The notes under the pieces were generated by a model, which saw only the letters and a program-made list of their open reading frames with translations, was not told where the DNA came from and did no database searches. From Dehalococcoidia bacterium (GTDB lineage Bacteria > Chloroflexota > Dehalococcoidia > GIF9 > AB-539-J10), in assembly GCA_016933195.1 (NCBI GenBank), contig JAFGBN010000009.1, positions 26,899-90,898 on the forward strand: a stretch of 64,000 nt of DNA, given 5' to 3'. The translations under genes and the position numbers were made by a program. Positions 57,194-64,000 of this stretch are shown one piece after another (position 1 is the first letter of the stretch; each line of letters begins with the position of its first letter).

Positions 57194-58051
57194 TTACTCT
57201 CCCGGTGCATTACCGAAGTATACCTTGGTGTGAGGCCAGGGTATTTCTATGCCTTCAGCATCAAAGGCCTTTTTCAAGCGAAGTCTCAACTCACCCATCA
57301 CCGCCCATTGCTCGATGGGCTTGACTTCACCCAAGATCTTGATTTCTATCCCGGAGTCGCCCAGGTTATTCACCCTCAGTACCTGGGGCGCAGTTTTAAT
57401 CACCTTGCGCCATTGCTCATCCACAGCCAGCTCCTGGCCTACACGGTTTATTACACTTATGGCATGGTCAAGGTCGGTACCATAGGACACCGAGACATTA
57501 AGATTAACCCTGGCGAAGTGTCTGGTATAGTTGCTGGCTATCCTAATCTCGCCATTGGGGACATGGTGGACTATCCCGTCTAAGTCACGGAGCACCGTTT
57601 TCCTTAGATGAACCTCCTCCACCAGCCCAGTGACGTCGGCTATTCTGGCTACATCTCCAACCCTGTACTGGTTTTCTGAGATTATGAAGATGCCAGCAAT
57701 AATATCCTTTATCAGATACTGAGCGCCGAAGCCGACGGCTATTCCAGCAATGCCGAAACCAGCCAGGATTGGAGCAATAGAAATCTTTACTTCAGATAGG
57801 ACCATCAGTATGACAACTACGACGATAAATATCCGCCCTACCCCGGTCAGGACACCTGTAAGTGTATCTCTCCGTTTCTTAATTCCCTCCTTGCTTTCGC
57901 CCCTGATTGTGACCATGGTACGGCCTATTAGGAGGGGGAGAAACTTTCTCAAAGCGAACCATAGTACAATCCCCACCACCAATATGATGAGAATGCGAAT
58001 GCCATGTTCAACCAGCCAGCTAACTACAGCGGCCCAACTCAACTGGAACAT
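57194..58051 (-). CDS. mechanosensitive ion channel (MscS) family protein
   Basis: 285 aa: three N-terminal TM segments, then the pore/beta-domain pattern AGIFIISENQYRVGDVARI. Confidence 0.85.
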   Translation of the reverse strand: MFQLSWAAVVSWLVEHGIRILIILVVGIVLWFALRKFLPLLIGRTMVTIRGESKEGIKKRRDTLTGVLTGVGRIFIVVVVILMVLSEVKISIAPILAGFGIAGIAVGFGAQYLIKDIIAGIFIISENQYRVGDVARIADVTGLVEEVHLRKTVLRDLDGIVHHVPNGEIRIASNYTRHFARVNLNVSVSYGTDLDHAISVINRVGQELAVDEQWRKVIKTAPQVLRVNNLGDSGIEIKILGEVKPIEQWAVMGELRLRLKKAFDAEGIEIPWPHTKVYFGNAPGE

Positions 58052-58403
58052 ATGTTACCTCCATGCTCCGCACTTTCTGCAGAGGCTAACCTTGCATTAT
58101 TTTAAACATTTATTCGGTGCGCTGTATAGTCATCGGAGACGCTGGGGTAAACCTGGCTATCAGTTTGCCCTGCCTCTCTTAAGCTTCTGCGAGGATACAT
58201 TGACTCGGCGGGTACTCGACCATTTACATTTTCCAGCGTATACCCTTCCTTGGCTTTAAGTGTGGCAGGAACCTGCACCTAAACACCCGTGTTAATGTTT
58301 TACTTGTATGGCCTTATACCAGGGTTTGCTTCGTTAAGACGCTTTTAAGAGTAGAATGGACGACTAGTGCCGAGAAATCTATGAGTAATGGGGCACGAGT
58401 ATC

Positions 58404-59426
58404 CTAGGTCCGAGTCCGACAGCTGCTAAGCTCAGTTACGAGAAGCTCGACAGCTAGCTGGTCGTTATATTTACCAGTTTTGATAGCCAAGTCTGCTTCC
58501 AAGAGCTTGCCATACGCTTCTCTTACCTGCTCTAAGTTGTACAGTTTGGCTTGATTAAGTGTCTTATCCAGGCTGTAGTCTGCCAAGCCCAGCTTAGCTT
58601 GAACTTGCTGGCGGGACAGGTCACCTAGCTCTTTGCCTAGTGCTATTAAACGGAATTGCCTGGTAATCATAGTTATGATATAAGTTGGCGAAGCACCCGC
58701 CTGATACAGTTGATGCAATAACCTCGGGGCTGTCTTAGCCTGACCTTCAAGGATTGCATCTACTAAAGGAAAGATGCTAGCTTCCTGAACATGGCTTACC
58801 AGTTGCCTAACATCGTCTTCATCGATAGTGCGTTCTTGGGTATAAAGAAGAAGCTTTTGGATTTCACTATTCAATGCCCATAAATTCCCCCCGATAAGTT
58901 CAGCTAGTAAATCAATGGCCTGGAAAGTGATACTGCCTTTTTCGTTGATTACTCGCTGTTGAATCCAAGTTTTCAGCCTCTTACCTCGCAGCAAAGGGAA
59001 TGCCTCTACCTTAGCTATTGGGGAAAGATTCTTCAAGAGCGGATTATTCCCACTTATTTTGCCGTCAATTAGTACTAGCACGGTGGTTTCTGGTATTTGC
59101 TTGATATAAGAAGCCATTTCCTGCCACTTTCCTGGCTTGTTTGCAGATTTGGTATTGCTTTTGCTAGATCTTGATTTCCTTTGTCCTGACTCAAATCGTC
59201 CTAGCAAGCCTTTGACTGTAACCAAACGCTGTGACGATAAGAAGGGGACGATGTCACAGTTGCTCCTAAGCTCATTCAGGGTTAAATGCTCACCATCTAG
59301 CTTGATGGTGTTAACCGCTAGCATTTCTGAATTGCCTAAGTCAGTTTTAATTCTCTCTATGGTTTGGTAAAGAGAGAAATCATCTTGGCCATGAAGAATA
59401 TAGAGCATTTCTTGGTATTGTACCAC
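58404..59426 (-). CDS. holA: DNA polymerase III delta subunit
   Basis: 340 aa: LYILHGQDDF start. Length and helical C-terminal domain are consistent with HolA. Confidence 0.75.
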   Translation of the reverse strand: MVQYQEMLYILHGQDDFSLYQTIERIKTDLGNSEMLAVNTIKLDGEHLTLNELRSNCDIVPFLSSQRLVTVKGLLGRFESGQRKSRSSKSNTKSANKPGKWQEMASYIKQIPETTVLVLIDGKISGNNPLLKNLSPIAKVEAFPLLRGKRLKTWIQQRVINEKGSITFQAIDLLAELIGGNLWALNSEIQKLLLYTQERTIDEDDVRQLVSHVQEASIFPLVDAILEGQAKTAPRLLHQLYQAGASPTYIITMITRQFRLIALGKELGDLSRQQVQAKLGLADYSLDKTLNQAKLYNLEQVREAYGKLLEADLAIKTGKYNDQLAVELLVTELSSCRTRT

Positions 59427-59485
59427 AACACCATTTGGTAAGAGTCTTATCTAATTCACAAGTTAAGGTCTTGGAAGTTACATGC

Positions 59486-59788
59486 TCACTTTGCACTTTT
59501 AGCTGTCCTGTGCCTTTTCCAGCCTAATATTGTCAGCAAATCTCCTACGACTGTATCCCTCGCTGTCTCATGCCTTAGAGGCAAATCGGGGTTAATACGA
59601 TAGGTGTTGCTCCTCCCCACCTTTCTGCGCTTTAAGTAACCTGCGGCTTCCAGGTCCGAGATTATTTTGTGGACGGTCCTCTCTGTAAGGCCCAGGGTCA
59701 AGGCAATGTCGCGAGTGGTGCTGCGCTGATGCCTGGAGATATGGCTCAGGACCATGCCATGACTGGTAATAAAAGTCCACTCTCCCAT
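59486..59788 (-). CDS. winged helix-turn-helix transcriptional regulator
   Basis: 100 aa: TTRDIALTLGLTERTVHKIISDLEAAGYLKRRKVGRSNTY. Confidence 0.7.
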   Translation of the reverse strand: MGEWTFITSHGMVLSHISRHQRSTTRDIALTLGLTERTVHKIISDLEAAGYLKRRKVGRSNTYRINPDLPLRHETARDTVVGDLLTILGWKRHRTAKSAK

Positions 59789-59845
59789 TTTATTCAGTTC
59801 TCCTCAAAAAAAATGAAATTTTATCTTAAAACCTTGTAAAACCAC

Positions 59846-59873
59846 TTGACAAAATTGATGGTAGCAGTATATT
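59846..59873 (+). promoter_or_regulatory. candidate sigma70-type promoter TTGACA-N16-TATATT
   Basis: TTGACA at 59846-59851 and TATATT at 59868-59873, in an AT-rich divergent intergenic region. Confidence 0.45.
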
Positions 59874-60109
59874 TATTCTAGAAAATTAATTCATAATTAT
59901 CATCTCACATTATATATTGCAGTAATTATAATAACAATAGCATAGCAAATTATTGAATATTGGTAAAGTGCTTAAACGTAAACGTTATTTCAGCTATGTC
60001 ACTCAAACCTCTTGTGATTACTTAGCAAACAGTCACAGGAGAAAATTGTTTAAGGTTGCAAACATGGATACTTGCCAAATCGAGTCCTGTAAAAAAGGAG
60101 GTGAGAAGC

Positions 60110-60160
60110 ATGCAGAAGAAACCTAGTGCTCCTAAGCCAGGTGCCCCTAGGCCCAAGTAG
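60110..60160 (+). CDS. 16-codon Pro/Lys-rich micro-ORF (MQKKPSAPKPGAPRPK)
   Basis: AAGGAGG at 60095-60101, 8 nt before the ATG. Stop at 60158-60160. Followed 20 nt later by a long hairpin. Too short for the ORF track. Confidence 0.4.
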   Translation: MQKKPSAPKPGAPRPK

Positions 60161-60179
60161 TTGAGTTATAAGGGTAGGT

Positions 60180-60225
60180 AAAGCGAAGGGGAGTTTCCCC
60201 GTAAGGGGTGGCTCCCCTTCGCTTT
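60180..60225 (+). terminator. long GC-rich hairpin (terminator- or attenuator-like) between the micro-ORF and ychF
   Basis: aaagcgaaggggag ttt cccc gtaa gggg tgg ctccccttcgcttt, followed by tgg. The T-tract is short and partly inside the stem. Confidence 0.5.
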
Positions 60226-60453
60226 TGGCTTCGGAGGCAAAGCACAGAGTTTATCACGTAAGCGAGCTTAGTAACTAAGTCAAGATGTAGATAGCAAATT
60301 TTTATTTGAAGAACATCAGCCCTGCACTTCATGTTACCCGTGGTATAAAACCTTATAATTTGGAGGAGGGGGCCACCTCGCTATTGAGTCCCTGGGGCCT
60401 AACGAGCCAGATGGCCACGAAGTGCAAAACCAAATTATGCTATAGTTATATCT

Positions 60454-61542
60454 ATGAAGATTGCCATTATTGGACTGCCCAAGAGTGGCAAAACAACCGT
60501 CTTTAATGCCTTAACCAGAGGCAGGGCTGAGGTCGCTGCTTATGACTCGTCTTTAGCCCCAAATGTAGGCGTGGCCAAGGTATCTGATTCTCGATTGGTA
60601 GCGCTAGAGAACATATTCCATCCTAAAAAGGTTGTTCCTGCGGAAGTAAGCTATGTAGATATTGCAGGGTCAGTTAAGGCTTTTTTTAAAGAGGGTATAG
60701 GAGGGGAATTCCTGAGCTATCTAACTACTGCCGATGCTTTGCTTCAAGTAGTCCGGACCTTTCAAGATGAAAACCTTCCCCATCCTGAAGGAAGTATAGA
60801 CCCTAAACGGGATATAGCTACTTTGGACTTAGAGCTTACCTTCTCCGATTTAAATATTATTGAGAGAAGACTTGACAGGCTGGAGGTAAGCTTAAAAGCT
60901 GCTAAAGCAGCGGAGCGTGGACAGTATTTGAAGGAACAAATACTGTTGCAGAAGATTAAAACAGAATTGGAAAAAGATATACCGATAAGGCAGCAAGAGC
61001 TCAGTAAGGATGAACTCGGGGCATTGTCTAATTACCAGTTTCTTACGGCTAAACCTGTACTAGTTGTGCTTAATATCGGAGAAGAACTATTACCACAGGC
61101 TTCACAATTGGGAGATGAGATAAGCTCCCTCTATCCTCGATTTGCTGTTGTAGCTCTTTGTGGAAAGCTCGAGATGGAGTTAGCTCAGTTTAGCGATGCT
61201 GAGGCCAAGGAATTCCGTGAATCTATGGGGCTAACTGAGCCAATGCTCGACCAGGTTATTGGCCTTTCTTATCATCTTTTGGGGCTAATTTCATTTTTCA
61301 CCACAGCCTCCGCTGAATTGAAAGCATGGACTATCCCCAGCGGTATGATGGCACCGGGGGCGGCGGGGAAGGTCCATTCTGATATGGAAAAAGGATTTAT
61401 CCGAGCTGAGACGATCAGCTATGCTGATTTGGAGAGCTGTGGGAATTTATGCGAGGCACGGAAAAAAGGCCTGCTTAGAACAGAAGGCAGGAATTATGTC
61501 ATCCGGGATGGAGATATAATTACCTTTCTATTTCACGTTTGA
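60454..61542 (+). CDS. ychF: ribosome-binding ATPase YchF
   Basis: 362 aa: IAIIGLPKSGKTTVFNALT, C-terminal TGS-like GFIRAETISY..GRNYVIRDGDII. Confidence 0.9.
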   Translation: MKIAIIGLPKSGKTTVFNALTRGRAEVAAYDSSLAPNVGVAKVSDSRLVALENIFHPKKVVPAEVSYVDIAGSVKAFFKEGIGGEFLSYLTTADALLQVVRTFQDENLPHPEGSIDPKRDIATLDLELTFSDLNIIERRLDRLEVSLKAAKAAERGQYLKEQILLQKIKTELEKDIPIRQQELSKDELGALSNYQFLTAKPVLVVLNIGEELLPQASQLGDEISSLYPRFAVVALCGKLEMELAQFSDAEAKEFRESMGLTEPMLDQVIGLSYHLLGLISFFTTASAELKAWTIPSGMMAPGAAGKVHSDMEKGFIRAETISYADLESCGNLCEARKKGLLRTEGRNYVIRDGDIITFLFHV

Positions 61543-61636
61543 ATTAAGCACTCCAAGCTCATTGCTTTAAGCTGTGGTCTTACTTAGCCTGCCTTACTCC
61601 AAGAAAGATTTTGGTATGGCCCTGCAACCCCATTCT

Positions 61637-61894
61637 CTAGTGTTTGATCTTCAAGGTCACTATCTCAAAGGGTTTCACTTTCATTGTTAGCCTATTGCGA
61701 TTTGGCTTCAGCTCATATTCCTCTCGCTCCAGCAAATCGGAAACTGTTGCCCTTTCGATATTACGGAATAGCTCGATCTCTGCTGTGGTCTCCTCTCCCT
61801 TGGTCTCAAAGAACCTCAATATCACTTCGTTGCTGTCGTCAGCTTTCTTAAGGGCCAATAGTATGAGGTTATTTGGTGAAGTCTTGCGGAGCAA
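61637..61894 (-). pseudogene. isolated C-terminal fragment of a GH38 alpha-mannosidase-like protein
   Basis: 85 aa: LILLALKKADDSNEVILRFFETKGEETTAEIELF...VSDLLEREEYELKPNRNRLTMKVKPFEIVTLKIK matches the recalled C-terminal beta-sandwich of GH38 enzymes. It begins 17 nt after the mpgP stop, and the ~900 preceding residues are absent. Confidence 0.55.
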
Positions 61895-61911
61895 GATATA
61901 TCGTTTGCATC

Positions 61912-62718
61912 TTAACCTCCGAATATTTCTTCGATTCCTTTGCTCCAGCCTTCAGGGCCAATTCCCTGAACCTTGCGCAAGTGCGGCAGATTCATGTTCT
62001 CCCATGTATAATCTCTCTTTTGCACTAAGATAGGTACATCCACTGCGGAGAGCAAGGGCAAATCGTTTAGGCTGTCGCCAAGTCCAATAGTCTCTATGCT
62101 ATCCCACATCCTGCGGTATAGATCACTCATGATGGCTACAGCTTTACCTTTATCGTTATCTCCTATGATTTCATAGAACCGCCCGCCATGGGTCCAATTG
62201 AGACCAGAAGCTTCAATTTTTTCCAAGGCCTTGCTTGCCTCTTCATCTGAAAGGTCGAGCTTTACTGTTTCACTATATTCTCTTTGCTTAGCTAATTTAG
62301 CGGACTCTATATCCAAACCAGTCTCTCTGGCTATCTCTTCCACACTCATATCGCCAAAGCCTTTAAAGTGAAAATTGCCTTCCCTTTTGACATTATCCAG
62401 CAATTCTTTTATCTCCTCATAAGGAGCGCCCAGCTCAATAACTAACAGATTACCTGCAGTAATTTTATGGTACATGAAAGGGAAGGGGAAGTAACCTTGT
62501 GGTATGAAGATAGCACCTCCGTTCTCTACTATAAAGGGGTGAAACACTTTCATCTTGTGTCGATATGATTCCTGTTCGGCTCTGGTCTTTGCCGAGCAGA
62601 ATATTATGGGTATGCTATTCTGCTTAAGTCGTTTAACCCCGATAAGCGATTTCTCATAGGAATAAGTCACGCTGTCGAGAAGAGTACCATCCAAATCAGT
62701 AAATACTATTTGTTTCAC
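61912..62718 (-). CDS. mpgP: mannosyl-3-phosphoglycerate phosphatase (HAD-IIB)
   Basis: 268 aa: IVFTDLDGTLLD, FCSAKTRAE, ENGGAIFIP, GLGDSLNDLPLL. Confidence 0.8.
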   Translation of the reverse strand: MKQIVFTDLDGTLLDSVTYSYEKSLIGVKRLKQNSIPIIFCSAKTRAEQESYRHKMKVFHPFIVENGGAIFIPQGYFPFPFMYHKITAGNLLVIELGAPYEEIKELLDNVKREGNFHFKGFGDMSVEEIARETGLDIESAKLAKQREYSETVKLDLSDEEASKALEKIEASGLNWTHGGRFYEIIGDNDKGKAVAIMSDLYRRMWDSIETIGLGDSLNDLPLLSAVDVPILVQKRDYTWENMNLPHLRKVQGIGPEGWSKGIEEIFGG

Positions 62719-62902
62719 CGTAGCTAAGAGGATATGGGTTCATTGTTCCTTTACTCCCCAGCGAGGTTTCTCTTTCCTGTTTGGGGAACTTTAGCTTGTG
62801 CCACTGATATGTGTCAACCTTACTTGGGCTTCGGCAATTACGACAGTAGGGGCAGTTTGCCGCTGGCAAATGGATTTGATATTATCCTGTTGGGAGAGGG
62901 AG

Positions 62903-64000
62903 ATGTTTATTGAGAGTCCGAGATATACAGAGCGTTTTGGTTCAATCAGGATGAATCATGTACAGAGAGTAGTGGCTTTAGACTCAGGGAGAAAAAGCGA
63001 GCTGCCTCTCCATGGCGCTATGGGAGTGATGAAAATAGAGGAGGAGACAATCAAGCATTTTGAGGACAGGATGGCTATTGTCATTCCGGTTAAAGATGAG
63101 AAACTCAAGCTCATTGAAGGAGTGATTAGTGGTGTGCCGCATGACTGCTTGGTAATAGTGGTTTCCAACAGCCAAATAGAGAAGGTTGATAGATTCAGAA
63201 TGGAAGGCGATGCTCTAAACCAGCTTTGTCGGTTTACCTTGCGTCAGGCCTTGATCGCTCATCAAAAGGACCCGGCTATCGCCGAAGCTGCGATAGAAGC
63301 TGGCTATAATGGACTATTGGGTGAGGATGGGCTAGTGCGTAATGGTAAGAGCGAGGCTATGATAATAGGATTGCTTATGGCCAAGGCATCAGGGAAGGAG
63401 TATGTTGGTTTCATCGACGCTGATAATTATTTTCCTGGTGCGGTGCTGGAGTATGTGAGAAATTATGCTGCTGGTTTCAGCTTAGCTCAATCTTCGTATA
63501 GCATGGTAAGAATACTATGGCTTTATAAGCCCAAGATATCGGGGGGGGTATACTTTAAGAAATGGGGAAGAGTATCAGAGACCACCAATAAGCATTTGAA
63601 TCACCTGATATCGTCCAAAATAGGGTTCGAAACTGAGGTGGTTAAAACGGGCAACGCCGGTGAGCATGCCATGAGTATGAAGCTGGCAGAAATTGTACCT
63701 TATGCTTCGGGATATGCCGTGGAACCTCAAGAGTTAATATCTATATTTGAGAATTTTGGTGGCATTTTGTCTTCCAGAGAGCGTAAGGTGATGGAGCAAG
63801 GGGTGGATATATTTCAAATTGAGACTAGAAACCCTCATCTGCACGAAGAAAAAGGAGAGGAACACCTTGATGAGATGTTGTTATCTGCGATGAGCACCAT
63901 TTACCATTCACCTCTTTGCGGCGAAGAAGTAAAAGAGGCAACTTTAACCGAATTAGTTAATCGAGGAATTCTCAAAGAGGGTGAGGAGCCCCCGCTTGTT
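62903..64000 (+). CDS. mpgS: mannosyl-3-phosphoglycerate synthase (partial, runs off the window end)
   Basis: My own translation from the ATG at 62903 (GGGAGAGGGAG upstream) is open for all 366 codons: MFIESPRYTERFGSIRM..., AIVIPVKDEKLKL, GKSEAMIIGLL, VGFIDADNYFPGAV, YSMVRILW, KWGRVSETTN, TGNAGEHAMS, IETRNPHLHEEKG. Confidence 0.8.
   Translation, partial: MFIESPRYTERFGSIRMNHVQRVVALDSGRKSELPLHGAMGVMKIEEETIKHFEDRMAIVIPVKDEKLKLIEGVISGVPHDCLVIVVSNSQIEKVDRFRMEGDALNQLCRFTLRQALIAHQKDPAIAEAAIEAGYNGLLGEDGLVRNGKSEAMIIGLLMAKASGKEYVGFIDADNYFPGAVLEYVRNYAAGFSLAQSSYSMVRILWLYKPKISGGVYFKKWGRVSETTNKHLNHLISSKIGFETEVVKTGNAGEHAMSMKLAEIVPYASGYAVEPQELISIFENFGGILSSRERKVMEQGVDIFQIETRNPHLHEEKGEEHLDEMLLSAMSTIYHSPLCGEEVKEATLTELVNRGILKEGEEPPLV

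Noticed and set aside
59943-59954. tagcaaattatt matches part of the island arm 21-mer.
   Set aside because: It is only a 12-nt match in an AT-rich region, within chance expectation.
60147-60332. 61-aa minus-strand ORF covering the hairpin after the micro-ORF.
   Set aside because: It is created by the palindromic hairpin sequence. No start signals, and the composition is implausible.

Overview
All calls come from reading the supplied ORF translations and the nucleotide sequence by eye; no database search or computation was run.

This is a chromosomal window from a mid/low-GC bacterium. Its gene content looks like an anaerobic Chloroflexota/Dehalococcoidia-type genome: an archaeal-type GltB-like FMN protein, a four-subunit pyruvate:ferredoxin oxidoreductase, mannosylglycerate genes and a fused aroK-aroB. 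That assignment is inference only.

Backbone genes: hisF, nadE, pdxT, glnA, acpS, comM, the rpmG-secE-nusG-rplK-rplA-rplJ-rplL block with tuf and a Thr/Tyr/Thr tRNA cluster, porG(decayed)-porD-porA-porB, dprA-topA, aroQ, pepP-like, efp, clpP-tig, aspS, aroKB-aroC-aroE, ruvX, alaS, an MscS-family channel, holA, ychF, and mpgP with mpgS (mpgS runs off the window end).

Accessory or anomalous content:
1. A 6.8-kb integrase-bearing island bounded by an exact 39-nt repeat equal to the 5' half of tRNA-Ser(CGA), with mirrored arm repeats.
2. Two more loci with the same architecture, where a diverged orphan copy of a housekeeping-gene end flanks inserted genes. One is the nadE promoter/5' end around an AbrB/RelE toxin-antitoxin islet. 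The other is the acpS 3' end, with two nested remnants around an MBL-fold gene and a GNAT gene.
3. A porG gene carrying two in-frame stops, a frameshift and an internal deletion, next to intact porDAB.
4. A short palindromic repeat family (gtcattNNgag / gaagaatctc / ggtaaacttcgcgaag) that is translated as the AroK-AroB linker and as the AspS C-terminus.
5. A strongly signalled 16-codon Pro/Lys-rich ORF plus a long hairpin upstream of ychF.
6. Several other gene remnants: a four-helix-bundle gene with an amber stop, a GH38 C-terminal fragment and a nuclease-like N-terminal fragment.

No rRNA gene, CRISPR array or transposase was seen.
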